Below are positions 52,722-62,623 of a DNA stretch of 64,000 bases, one piece after another. The notes beneath the pieces are model-generated. The model was not told the DNA's origin. It searched no databases and was given only the letters and a program-made list of their open reading frames with translations. Position 1 is the first letter of the stretch. Every line of letters starts with the position of its first letter. Source of the stretch: an uncultured Chloroflexia bacterium (GTDB lineage Bacteria; Chloroflexota; Limnocylindria; QHBO01); assembly GCA_963827475.1 (NCBI GenBank), contig CAWHAZ010000002.1, positions 64,001 to 128,000 on the forward strand, in the 5' to 3' direction. The translations under genes were made by a program, and so were the position numbers.

Positions 52722-52975
52722 CGGTAGCGCTCCAGCCGCTCCAGCGTGGCGTTGGCCGCGGTCCAGTCGGCCTCGGTCGGCTGCTCCCCGGGGTGCAGGT
52801 GGAGGAGCGGCACCACGTTCCAGGCGGGGCCATCGCGTCGCGGGATGTGGATCGACAGATCGCCCCGGTCGAGGAGCGCGACCACCGTGGCGCCGCCGGT
52901 CCCGCCGTCGATGACCGCCCGGACCAGGCTGTCGACGAACGCCTCCGCGCCACCGAACTCCAGACCGATGCGCAT
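52718..52975 (-). CDS. Hypothetical protein (85 aa)
   Basis: Protein-like composition; stop overlaps the aminotransferase stop. Confidence 0.6.
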   Translation of the reverse strand: MRIGLEFGGAEAFVDSLVRAVIDGGTGGATVVALLDRGDLSIHIPRRDGPAWNVVPLLHLHPGEQPTEADWTAANATLERLERYR

Positions 52976-53454
52976 CGCCAGCAGGCCGCTGTCGGGCAGA
53001 GACAGGCGCTGATCCCGACTGGTCGCCGGTCACGCCGCGTACGGTCACGCCCCCACCGCGTCGAGGATCCAGCGCGAAGACGACGCCACCGCCGACCACG
53101 GTCAGGACCAGCGACCACCACGATCAGCACGAAGCCCAGGGCGCTGGCCCAGGCGCGGCACCCGCGCCTCGGTCGCGTCCGACGGAGCGTCAGGGCGCCG
53201 CAATCCAGGTCGCGAGCGCATCGCCGTCGACCCGGGTCTCGACGTCCTCGTCGAACGGCATGACACGACCCGTTCCCGCCCGGTCTCGGCCACCGAGCCA
53301 GGCTCGGTCAGGACCAGGACGCGCGGCTGATCCGCCTGGCGGAGGAGCAGGGCGTGGTCGCCGGATGCGTTGGTCAGCGGCTCGGCCTCGACCGTGCCGC
53401 GGCCCACTGGGAGCAGCGCGCCAGTCGACTCAGCGCCCATCGGTTCTCACGCAT
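52972..53454 (-). CDS. Hypothetical membrane-associated protein, frameshifted; boundaries uncertain
   Basis: Fragments with a short TM segment (WASALGFVLIVVV) in an indel-rich region. Confidence 0.35.
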
Positions 53455-53487
53455 TCCGAGGATACCCGGTCGCTCAGTCGGTGCTAC

Positions 53488-53514
53488 TGTCGATCTCGTC
53501 CCGTCCCGTTCGTC
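53488..53514 (+). promoter_or_regulatory. ECF42-type promoter
   Basis: TGTCGA, 17-nt spacer, CGTC, upstream of the YciI-ECF42 pair. Confidence 0.7.
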
Positions 53515-53571
53515 GTAGAGATAGCGGCGACACGATTCGGTCGCTGCACCAGCCATCCACAGGAGAACCCG

Positions 53572-53985
53572 ATGAAGCTACGCCATCCTGATCTTCGACG
53601 AGAACACTGCCGACTCCTCCTCCCGAACCCGCCCGACCCGGCGGAGTGGGCCAAGGTGACTGAGGACTACAACGCGTACACGCAAGATGCTCCCGACACC
53701 GGTGCTTCGTCGCCGGCGAGGCGCTCCAGCCGAACCCGACTGCCACGACCATCCGCATCCAAGCGACGGCAAGACGCTGACCACCGATGGACCGTTCGCC
53801 GAGACGAAGGAAGCCCTCGGCGGCTTCTACATCGTCGAGGCTCGCGACCTGGACCACGCCCTCGAGCTGGGCAGGCCTGCCCGGGCGCTGTGGTACGGGC
53901 TCGATCGAGGTCCGGCCCGTGTGGCCTTCCCGGACGTGCGGAGCTGTCCCCGTCGGCGAGGGCGCGGCCGTCACATCGGCCTGAC
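53572..53985 (+). CDS. YciI/DGPF-domain protein, frameshifted; end approximate
   Basis: AGGAG RBS; [21 protein letters not shown] and IEVRPV. Confidence 0.8.
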
Positions 53986-53989
53986 CGAT

Positions 53990-55328
53990 CGGCTCGCTGA
54001 TCGCCGTTGGCGACTGCAACGGGACTCCCCGACGAGGTCAGTCGACCGCCTGTTCCGCGAACGATCACGGACGGGCGGTCGCGACCCTCATCCGGCGTCC
54101 TCGGCGACTTCGACCTGGCCGAGGAGTCGCATCCAGGACGCCTACGTCGTGGCCCTCGAGAAGTGGCCGAAGCGACTGGCCTGCCGCCAATCCGGCGGCG
54201 TGGATCATCGCCACCGCCCGCAACCGGGCCATCGACCGCCTTGCGCCGCGCGAAGCGCCTGGACCGAGAAGGAGGCGATTCTCGAGCGCGAGGCGGAGAT
54301 CGCGACCGGCCGATGCCGCGACCGCGGAGGTCGACGTCGCTCGGACGCGGACGAGGAGCCGATGACCATTCCCGACGATCGGCTGCGGCTGATCTTCACC
54401 TGCTGCCACCCGGCGCTCGCGCCCGAGTCGCGGATCGCGCTGACCCTGTGGACCCTCGGCGGCCTGACGACCGCTGAGATCGCCCGGGCATTCCTCGTCC
54501 CCGAACCGACCCTCGCCCAGCGCCTGGTGCGGGCCAAGCGAAAGATTCGCGATGCCGGCGATCCCGTACCGCGTCCCGCCGGCCGAGGTCCTCCTCCCGA
54601 GCGGCTGGACGACGTCTCGCGGGTCCTGTACCTCATCTTCAACGAGGGCTACGACGCGTCATCGGGGCGAGGCCTCATCCGTCGCGAGCTGTGCGCCGAA
54701 GCGATTCGCCTGGCGCGGGTGCTGGCCTGCTCATGCCCGACGAGCCGGAGGTCGATCGGGCTGCTCGCGCTCATGCTCCTGACCGATGCCCGGCGGCCGG
54801 CACGGGTCGGCGCCGACGGCGAGCTGGTGCTGCTGGCGGCCCAGGACCGGACGAAGTGGGACCGGGCGAAGCATCGCCGAGGGAGCAGGTGCTCGTCGAG
54901 CGCGCGGCTGCGGGCGGCCCATCCGGGCCCGTACCAGCTGCAAGCGGCCATCGCGGCCGATTCATGACGCGGCCGCCGGCGGCAGACGGACCGAACTGGG
55001 CGCGAGATCGTCGATCCTGTACGACGCGCTGTGAGGATGTGCACCCGACGCCGATCGTCGAGCTCAACCGGGCCGCGGCGGTGGCCATGGCTTCCGGTCC
55101 CGCGGCCGGCCTGGCCATCATGGACGAGCTTGTCAGCGAGGGGGCGCTGGCCGATTACCCGTACCTCCACTCCGCCCGTGCCGATCTCCTCCGCCGCCTC
55201 GACCGCCGTGACGAGGCCGCGAGGCGTACCAACGGGCCGCGGCGCTGACCACGAACGAGGCGGAACAGTCATTCCTCGCCCGCCGCTCCGCGGAGATGTC
55301 ACGGCTCCGTGACTCCCGCCGGCGGTGA
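53990..55328 (+). CDS. ECF42 sigma factor with C-terminal TPR extension, frameshifted; start approximate
   Basis: [55 protein letters not shown] and [11 protein letters not shown]. Confidence 0.85.
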
Positions 55329-55475
55329 CGCCGGGCACATGGGTCCTTGGTCAGCCCCTCTTCGCCGTTCGACCCCTGGCTCCAAGGTCCGCGCCACCGC
55401 GCCAATTCGGCCATCGAGACGTGCCGGGCCCATCCCTAGTCTGGCTTCGAACTTATCCGCTTTGAGGTCCTGACC

Positions 55476-55901
55476 ATGCGTACACATCGATCATCCCGGC
55501 GTAGACACAGGCCGCTGGCCGTGCTCCTGGCCGGGCTCGCGCTCATCCTGACCACGTCGATCGCGTTCGCCGGTGGCAACGGCGGGACGGTCAAGGTCCA
55601 CTCCAGTGATGGATCCGAGCCCGCGGTCGAGGCCCGCAACGAGCCGCACGTGACCTGTCCGTTCCACCTGCATTTCTTCCATCGGACGGAGGGGCAGAGC
55701 GGAAGCTGGACGGTCACCGCCGACGACGGCGTGGGCATGACCAGCGGCACCTACACCACCGATGCCAACGGCGAAGCCCGCACCGGCGGCGTGTTCATGG
55801 CCGCCGGCCACTACACGGTCTCGTGGCAGGGTGAATCGGAAAACAATGCGAAGCACAAGACCTTCTGGGTGGCAGGGGGGTGCGACACCCCCGGCGGCTG
55901 A
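55476..55901 (+). CDS. Hypothetical secreted beta-rich protein
   Basis: GAGG RBS; signal peptide ending AFA; GNGGTVKVH..NEPHVTCPF..KHKTFWV. Confidence 0.7.
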   Translation: MRTHRSSRRRHRPLAVLLAGLALILTTSIAFAGGNGGTVKVHSSDGSEPAVEARNEPHVTCPFHLHFFHRTEGQSGSWTVTADDGVGMTSGTYTTDANGEARTGGVFMAAGHYTVSWQGESENNAKHKTFWVAGGCDTPGG

Positions 55902-55926
55902 GCCCGCAGCACCAGTCCAGGGTCAC

Positions 55927-55953
55927 CGGACCCCCGCCCCGCGCGGGGGTCCG
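55927..55953. terminator. Hairpin between convergent genes
   Basis: CGGACCCCCGC...GCGGGGGTCCG, 11-bp stem. Confidence 0.55.
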
Positions 55954-56889
55954 TTACAGCCCGTCGAGCAGTGCGAGGGCCGGCGCGATGGCGCGGATGC
56001 TGTCCGCGGTGATCGGGTCGAGGACGAGCTGGACGTGGCCGACGCCCTCCGCCGCGAGGGCCCGCAGCTCGGTCGCGAGGGCCTCCGGCTCCCCGAGGTG
56101 CGGGGCTACTTCCGGGCGGTCGTGGCTGCCCTGGGGCCGCCCCTCTCCACCGGGAAGGGTCACCAGCAGGGCGACGGTTCGCTCGAGCGTCGCCGGGTCA
56201 CGCCCGACCGCCCGGCATGCGGCGTCGATCTGGTCGCGGAGCGCCGGATAGCCCTCCGCCGAGTTGCCGTACCAGGTGAACCACGCGTTCCACGACTGCA
56301 CGTGGGGGAGGGTGATGGACAGCATCCGCTCCCCCATCGACCCGACCATCAGCGGCGGCCCGTGCGGCCGCGGCCCGCGAGGGATCAGCTCGGCATCGGT
56401 AACGCTGTAGTAATTCCCCGAAAAGTCGCAGCGGCCATCATGGAGCAGGGTCCGGATGATGGTGAATGCCTCCTCGAAGCGGCTGACCCGGTGGTCGAAT
56501 GGGTATCCGTAAGCGCGGTACTCGGTCTCGTTCCAGCCCGCGCCGAGGCCCAGGATCAGCCGGCCCTGGCTGATCTCGTCGAGGGTGGCGGCCTTCTTGG
56601 CGATCATCGCCGGGTTGTGGAACGAGGTGGCCGCGACCAACGGACCGATCTCGATCCGATGCGTGATCGCGGCGATGGCCGCCAGCTGGGTCCACGCCTC
56701 CCACGGCCCGCGGGCGGGCTGGATCTCGTTGCCCGCGTCGTCGAGATATCGGTACAGGAGGTGGTCGCCGACCCAGATGGAGTCCAGCCCGACCTCTTCC
56801 GCCGCGAGCGCCATCTCCCGGATGTCCGGCCAGCGCGGCACCCACTCGACCTCGGGGAGCTGCACTCCAACCTTCAGCGGTCGCGTCAT
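55954..56889 (-). CDS. LLM-class (luciferase-like) flavin/F420-dependent oxidoreductase
   Basis: DSIWVGDH, ATLDEISQGRLILGLGAGW and PPLMVG. Confidence 0.9.
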   Translation of the reverse strand: MTRPLKVGVQLPEVEWVPRWPDIREMALAAEEVGLDSIWVGDHLLYRYLDDAGNEIQPARGPWEAWTQLAAIAAITHRIEIGPLVAATSFHNPAMIAKKAATLDEISQGRLILGLGAGWNETEYRAYGYPFDHRVSRFEEAFTIIRTLLHDGRCDFSGNYYSVTDAELIPRGPRPHGPPLMVGSMGERMLSITLPHVQSWNAWFTWYGNSAEGYPALRDQIDAACRAVGRDPATLERTVALLVTLPGGEGRPQGSHDRPEVAPHLGEPEALATELRALAAEGVGHVQLVLDPITADSIRAIAPALALLDGL

Positions 56890-56944
56890 GGGCGAATTGT
56901 CGACGATCCGCGGTGGAGGCATGGCGCCCGTGGGGCCGCGGTGC

Positions 56945-56977
56945 TCTATAGCATCTACGCTATAGAACTGGTAGACT
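56945..56977 (+). promoter_or_regulatory. Palindromic operator and -10 box of the HTH-NTase pair
   Basis: TCTATAGC-N6-GCTATAGA (56945-56966); TAGACT at 56972, 7 nt before the ATG. Confidence 0.65.
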
Positions 56978-56984
56978 CCAGCCG

Positions 56985-57296
56985 ATGCGGACCGCGAACC
57001 TCCTTCGACACGCGCGACGCCGGGCCGGCCTGACCCAGGTCGAGCTGGCGGCGTTGGCGGGTGTCCCCCAGTCGACCGTCGGCCGGATCGAAACTGACCG
57101 GATCAACCCCACGATCGGAACGCTGCGCCTCCTCCTCAACGCCGCTGGGCAGGACCTCGAGCTCGCGCCGCTGGCCGGACGGGAGGAGGACCGGAGCCTC
57201 ATCCGCGACCGCCTGCAGCTGACCCCGGCCTCCCGGGCCCGACTCGCCATCCAGGAGGCGCGGTTCGAGGCCAGCCTCCGGTCTCCCCGCGCATGA
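56985..57296 (+). CDS. XRE-family HTH protein (putative antitoxin)
   Basis: ARRRAGLTQVELAALAGVPQSTVGRIE; C-terminal DRSLIRDRLQLTPASR. Confidence 0.85.
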   Translation: MRTANLLRHARRRAGLTQVELAALAGVPQSTVGRIETDRINPTIGTLRLLLNAAGQDLELAPLAGREEDRSLIRDRLQLTPASRARLAIQEARFEASLRSPRA

Positions 57297-57796
57297 CGAC
57301 CGAACGCCAGTTCGACCCGATTCGCTCGTTCCAGACCCTGAACCGGCACGGCGTCCAGTACGTCGTCATCGGCGGCTTCGCGGGCAAGCTCCTGGGGTCG
57401 ACGATCCTGACCGTCGACATCGACGTCTGTTACTCCCGGGATCCGAAGAACCTCGAGCGGCTCGCGGCGGCGCTGCGCGAGCTGCATGCCGAGCTCCGCG
57501 GCGCCGACACGAGTCTCCCCTTCCGACTCGACGCGCGCACCCTCCGCAGGGGTGACAACTTCACCTTCGTGACCGATGCCGGCGATCTCGACATCCTCGG
57601 CATGCCGCCCGGATCCGGCGGCTACGAAGCCCTGCGCCGCAATGCCACCGAGCTCGACCTTGGCGAGGTCACGGTCTGGGTGGCCGGCATCGAGGACCTT
57701 ATCGCCATGAAGCGAGCCTCGGGCCGGTTGCGGGACCTCGCCCACCTCGAGGTGCTGGCCGCACTCCGGGACGAGATCGAGACCCAGAAGGGCTGA
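57293..57796 (+). CDS. Nucleotidyltransferase-fold protein (putative toxin)
   Basis: YVVIGGFA..TVDIDV (GG..DxD) and LIAMKRASGR.RD; ATGA overlap with the HTH gene. Confidence 0.8.
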   Translation: MTTERQFDPIRSFQTLNRHGVQYVVIGGFAGKLLGSTILTVDIDVCYSRDPKNLERLAAALRELHAELRGADTSLPFRLDARTLRRGDNFTFVTDAGDLDILGMPPGSGGYEALRRNATELDLGEVTVWVAGIEDLIAMKRASGRLRDLAHLEVLAALRDEIETQKG

Positions 57797-57800
57797 ATGG

Positions 57801-58997
57801 GTGGGGATGGAACCTCACGAAATACCGATGCCGCCCGTTTCAACAGCCATGAACGCCCAACAGCTTCCCGCCGAGGCGGAGATGGTCCGCGCGATGACCG
57901 CACGGGACCCCGAGGCGGACGGCACGTTCTACGTCGCGGTCCGCACGACCGGGGTCTTCTGCCGCCCGACCTGCCCGTCCCGCACGCCACTCCCCCAGAA
58001 CGTCGAGTTCCACGCCACGCCGTGGGAGGCGCTCGTCGCCGGCTTCCGGCCCTGTCGTCGGTGCTGGCCGATGGGCCGCCCGGACGGGAGTCAGTCGCTG
58101 ATGACCATCACGCGGATCGAAACCCCTCTCGGCACGATGGTCGCGGCCGCGGTCGACCAGGGACTGGTCGTGCTGGACTTCGCCGATCGACGCGCGGCCC
58201 GGACCGCGTTGCGGAACGCGTCGCGGCGGCTGAAGGCCACCCCGACCATCGGCCGCCACCCGCACCTGGACACACTGCGAACCCAGCTGGACGAGTACTT
58301 CGCCGGCGCCCGCACGACCTTCGACCTGCCGCTCGCGCCGCGGGGCACGGCCTTCGAAGAATCGGTCTGGTCATGGCTGCGCACCATCCCGCCCGGCCAG
58401 ACCCGAACCTACGCGGAGGGCGCCTCGGCCGTCGGGCGGCCGCAGGCGGTCCGGGCCATCGGTCGAGCCAACGGCGCGAACCCGCTGGCCATCGTCGTGC
58501 CCTGCCACCGGGTCATCGGCTCCGACGGCGACCTCACCGGCTATGGCGGCGGCCTGTGGCGCAAGCGCGCGCTGCTGGACCTCGAAGCCGGACTGTGGCG
58601 GCCTCGCTCAGGTCGCGGAAGGACGTCGGTAGACGACGACGCGCCAGTACCAGGGCCCGCCGTCGTGGACGACCTCGTACCCCGCCTCGCCCATCAACCG
58701 GTCCACGGTGGCGTGGCGGTGGATGTACCAGCTCTCCGGACTTCGCCGCGCTCTCCACCACAGGTTCATCACGCGCATCGCGAGCCGCAGCCACCAGGCG
58801 TCGTGGGCATAGCTGAGGCCCACCACCCGCGGACGCGGCACGAGCAGGGCGCTGACCAGCCGATCAACGTTCGGGTAGCAGCACACCACCGAGTCGGCGA
58901 CCACCACCTCCGCCGGCGGGAGTGCGTCCGCGAGCTCCACGACATCCCCATACCGATGCTCGACGCGATCCCCGAGTCCCCGCCGATCCGCCTCTGA
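57801..58997 (+). CDS. ogt: Ada Zn-binding domain plus O6-methylguanine-DNA methyltransferase; homology ends near 58600
   Basis: TTGVFCRPTC..FRPCRRC, then GTAFE..W, AVRAIG and IVVPCHRV. Confidence 0.85.
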   Translation: MGMEPHEIPMPPVSTAMNAQQLPAEAEMVRAMTARDPEADGTFYVAVRTTGVFCRPTCPSRTPLPQNVEFHATPWEALVAGFRPCRRCWPMGRPDGSQSLMTITRIETPLGTMVAAAVDQGLVVLDFADRRAARTALRNASRRLKATPTIGRHPHLDTLRTQLDEYFAGARTTFDLPLAPRGTAFEESVWSWLRTIPPGQTRTYAEGASAVGRPQAVRAIGRANGANPLAIVVPCHRVIGSDGDLTGYGGGLWRKRALLDLEAGLWRPRSGRGRTSVDDDAPVPGPAVVDDLVPRLAHQPVHGGVAVDVPALRTSPRSPPQVHHAHREPQPPGVVGIAEAHHPRTRHEQGADQPINVRVAAHHRVGDHHLRRRECVRELHDIPIPMLDAIPESPPIRL

Positions 58998-59291
58998 ACG
59001 AGCGGCAGCCAGGTACTCCTTCGAGGCGTCGACATCCACCGCTCGCGCGGCGCCGGCCTCGAGCAGGGCGAGGTGCGCCGCCCCGACCCCGGCGCCGACG
59101 TCGATCACCGTCGCGCCGGTAACCCCTTCCCGGAGCACGGCAGCGAGCAGCTCGGCGGTCTCCTCGCGAGGACCGCGCTCGCGCAGCCGGTCCAGGTCGG
59201 TTTCCCAGTCCTGCCCGTCACATCCGATCCGCTCCAGGTCCGCATCGCAGCAGAATCCGCCCCGTCTGCCCGTCGGATCGCCCAGGCCCAT
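58608..59291 (-). CDS. Class I SAM-dependent methyltransferase
   Basis: VIDVGAGVG, DVD, YGD and VVCCYP. Confidence 0.8.
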   Translation of the reverse strand: MGLGDPTGRRGGFCCDADLERIGCDGQDWETDLDRLRERGPREETAELLAAVLREGVTGATVIDVGAGVGAAHLALLEAGAARAVDVDASKEYLAAARSEADRRGLGDRVEHRYGDVVELADALPPAEVVVADSVVCCYPNVDRLVSALLVPRPRVVGLSYAHDAWWLRLAMRVMNLWWRARRSPESWYIHRHATVDRLMGEAGYEVVHDGGPWYWRVVVYRRPSAT

Positions 59292-59439
59292 GGACCGATC
59301 GTCAGGCGCGTGTCAAGCAACGGGACGGGGCACTCTGCGGGATAAAGCGGAGGCCGGTCCGATGGCGTAGACTCCCTCGGTCCGCGCCCTGCGCCGCAGC
59401 GAGCGCCCGCGGACCCACCCACGGGAGAACCGACCGCGC

Positions 59440-61117
59440 ATGACTGCTGCCTCCGAGGCCACCGCCGGCGACATCCACGCCTACGATCAGGCGCCCATTC
59501 CGCTCCCCCAACGGCAGCGGATGGAGATCTTCGCCGTCGTCCTGCTGGGCATGTTCCTGTCGGCCCTCGACAACACGATCGTGGGTACCGCCCTCCCGGT
59601 CATCGTGACCGAGCTGAATGGCAACGACGTCTACATCTGGCCCTTCACCGCGTACCTCCTGACGGCCACGGTGAGCGGGCCCATCTGGGGCAAGACGTCG
59701 GACATCTTCGGCCGGCGGTCCATCTTCCTGCTCGGCGTCAGCATCTTCCTGATCGGCTCGGCGCTCTGCGGCATCGCCCAGGAAATGTGGCAGTTCATCG
59801 CCTTCCGTGGGCTGCAGGGCCTTGGCGCCGGGGCGCTGTTCCCGGTCGCGCTGGCCATCATCGGTGACATCTTTGCCCCCTCCGAGCGGGGCAAGTACCA
59901 GGGCTTCTTCGGGGCGATGTTCGGGATCGCGTTCCTCATCGGTCCGGCCATTGGTGGGCTCATCACCGACAACATCGGCTGGCCACTGGATCTTCTACGT
60001 GAACATCCCGCTGGGCCTGATCGTGCTGGTCGTCATCTGGCGCACCCTGCCCAGCCATCGGGTCGAGGGCGCCAGCAGCAGCATCGACTACCTGGGGGCC
60101 GCGCTGCTCGTCGCAGCCCTCGTCCCCGTCCTCCTCGGCTTCACGAACCTGCAGTTCGGCGAATGGACCGATCCCGACGTCGGGGGGCTGATCCTCCTTG
60201 GCCTCGTTTTCCTCGGGGCCTTCCTGTGGGCCGAGTCGCGCGCGACGAATCCCATCGTCCCGCTCCACATGTTCCGGATCCCCGCCTTCCGGGCCAGCGT
60301 GGCGGCCATGTTCCTCGCCGCCGTCGGCTTCTTCGCCGCGGTCGTCTTCATGCCTCGCTGGTTCCAGGTGGTCGACGGCAGCTCGGCGACACAGTCTGGC
60401 TACCAGATCCTGCCCCTCGTCGGCGGGCTCATCGTGGCGGCCATCGGCTCCGGCCAGATCGTGGCCCGCACCGGCCGCTACAAGGCGCTCATCCTCGGCT
60501 CGATGCTCCTCCTGGCGCTGGGCCTGTTCCTGCTGACCAACATCCGGCCCGACACCCCCATTCCGTTCCTGTGGTTCGCGATGTTCATCACCGGCCTGGG
60601 CATCGGTCCGGCGTTCGCCGTCTTCACCCTGGTCGTCCAGAACAGCGTGCCGCCCGAAGAGCTGGGCGCCGGCACCTCCAGCCTGACCCTGTTCCAGCAG
60701 GTGGGAGGGACGATTGGTCTGGCCATCACCGGGTCCCTGTTCACAACGGTCCTGCTTGACGAGGTCCCGAAGCAGCTGGTGGACGGGGGAGTTCCGCCGG
60801 CATTCGCAGACGCTTTCACGTCCGGTGGGGGTGAAGCGCTGAATCAGATCGCCGGCGTTGGCGACCTGGGGGCCGCCATCCTGGCCCAGGTCCCGCCCGA
60901 GTTCCAGGCCCAGGTCGAGCCTTTCATCCCGGCCATCGTGGACGCCATCCACACGGCGTTCTCGATCGCGACCGGGGCGACGTTCGTGATCGGGATCGTC
61001 ACCGCGCTCATGGCCGCGGTCGTGGTGGCGATCTGGATGCCGAACACCCGGATGCGAGAGATGGCCGAGCAGCGGCCCGAGGCCGCCGCGTCCCAGCTGG
61101 AACCCGCCACCGACTGA
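59440..61117 (+). CDS. DHA2 (EmrB/QacA-like) MDR MFS transporter, frameshift near 59980
   Basis: ALDNTIVGTALP, GKTSDIFGRR, RGLQGLG and WIFYVNIPLG. Confidence 0.9.
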
Positions 61118-61149
61118 ACCAATCTCCACCGAACCGCCGTAGTGGGGGC

Positions 61150-62109
61150 ATGAGGGTCCGGGAGGCGGCGGTAGCTGTGACTGCCGTCGCCACCCTCATT
61201 GCGGGGTGCACGTCCCCCTCCGAATCCCCGGGCGCCAGCCCATCGGTCCCCAGCCAGGAGCCGAGCGCACCGATGTCGACCACACCCTCTCCGGCGGCCG
61301 CCGACCCCGAGCGCTTCGGCCTCGACGACGACCAGGTCACGACCACCGAGATCTCCACCGAGACGACCGATGGCGTGACGGTCACCGACCTGACCTTCTC
61401 GGCGCCGGACATCGAGACCACGGAGGCGTACCTCGTCGCCCCGGCGGCCGGGGAGCCGGGCCCGGGCATCATCTGGTTCCACTGGGTCGAGTACGGCAAC
61501 CCGACCTCCAACCGGACCGAGTTCCTGCCGGAGGCGCGGGAGATGGCCGCACGCGGCGCGGTCTCGCTGCTCGTCCAGGGCCGGATGCCGTGGCTCGAGC
61601 CGCCGGAATCGATCGCGCACGACGTGCCGGCCATCGAGCTGGAGGTCCGGACACTGTGGAAGGGCCTCATCGTGCTCGGCGGGCGTCCGGAAGTCGACAA
61701 CCACCGCCTGGCGATCGTCGGCCACGACTTCGGCGCGATGTACAGCAGCCTCTTCTTCGGCGCCGACGGCCACCTGAACGCGCTGGTGATGATGGCGCCG
61801 ACCGCCCGCTGGGCGGACTGGTTCTATCGGTACTGGCAGATCAGCGACTCGGAGGCGGAGTACACCGCCGCGCTGGCCGGCCTTGATCCTGTGTCCTGGC
61901 TGCCGCTCGCCGCCCCGCGGCCGGTGCTCCTCCAATTCGCGGCGAACGACCAGTACGTCCCGCAGGACGTGGCGGAGGAGATCAGCGCCGCGGCCGGTTC
62001 ATCGGCCGAGACCCGCACCTACGACACCGACCACGAGATGAACGAGCAGGCTCGCGAAGAGCGCGACGCCTGGCTCGCCGATCAGCTGGGCCTGGGGCCT
62101 GCCGACTAG
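61150..62109 (+). CDS. Alpha/beta hydrolase-fold lipoprotein
   Basis: Lipobox IAGC; Ser/Pro linker; elbow GHDFG; DQYV and TDHE. Confidence 0.75.
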   Translation: MRVREAAVAVTAVATLIAGCTSPSESPGASPSVPSQEPSAPMSTTPSPAAADPERFGLDDDQVTTTEISTETTDGVTVTDLTFSAPDIETTEAYLVAPAAGEPGPGIIWFHWVEYGNPTSNRTEFLPEAREMAARGAVSLLVQGRMPWLEPPESIAHDVPAIELEVRTLWKGLIVLGGRPEVDNHRLAIVGHDFGAMYSSLFFGADGHLNALVMMAPTARWADWFYRYWQISDSEAEYTAALAGLDPVSWLPLAAPRPVLLQFAANDQYVPQDVAEEISAAAGSSAETRTYDTDHEMNEQAREERDAWLADQLGLGPAD

Positions 62110-62612
62110 CCGAGGCTCCGTGACCCTTCGGCGATGTCCGCCTGGACGATGTGCTGCGGGCTATCCGGCAGTCGTCGCAGCGCCGTGCGGAGGAAGTCCG
62201 GGAAGAGCGGCAGGTCCGCCAGGGCACTGATCGGGAACCAGCGCAGGATCAGGTCGTGGCCGCGTTCCACACCGGCGTGGTCGAGCGTCAGGTCGAAGAA
62301 CGGGCTCGTCTCAGGCAGATCAATGGCGTAGTAGAAGCCGAGTTCGTGGACCGCCTGGCCTCCAATCGGGGTGACGTACTCCATCACCCAGAGCAGCCGC
62401 TGGACGGTCACCTCTTGCCCGATTTCCCCGCGCATCGTTCGAACCAGGGCATCCGCCGTCAGTTCCAGCGGTAGCAGGCGCCCGCCAGGGAGCACCCAGA
62501 ATTCGCCGTCCAGCGCCCCCTGGAGCAGAACATGGTCCTGCCAGATGCAGACGGCTGCCACCCGCGGCTGAAATCGCCAACCGTCGGCGTGGATTTCGAT
62601 GTAGTTCGTCAA
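62106..62612 (-). CDS. NUDIX-domain protein with a degenerate Nudix box
   Basis: GAGGA RBS before TTG; RVAAV..WVLPGG..E..ALVRTMRGEIG; HELGFYY. Confidence 0.75.
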   Translation of the reverse strand: MTNYIEIHADGWRFQPRVAAVCIWQDHVLLQGALDGEFWVLPGGRLLPLELTADALVRTMRGEIGQEVTVQRLLWVMEYVTPIGGQAVHELGFYYAIDLPETSPFFDLTLDHAGVERGHDLILRWFPISALADLPLFPDFLRTALRRLPDSPQHIVQADIAEGSRSLG

Positions 62613-62623
62613 GTCAGCGGTCC

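Noticed and set aside
58608-59291. BchM (photosynthesis) assignment for the methyltransferase
   Set aside because: Only a generic resemblance; no bch or puf genes nearby.
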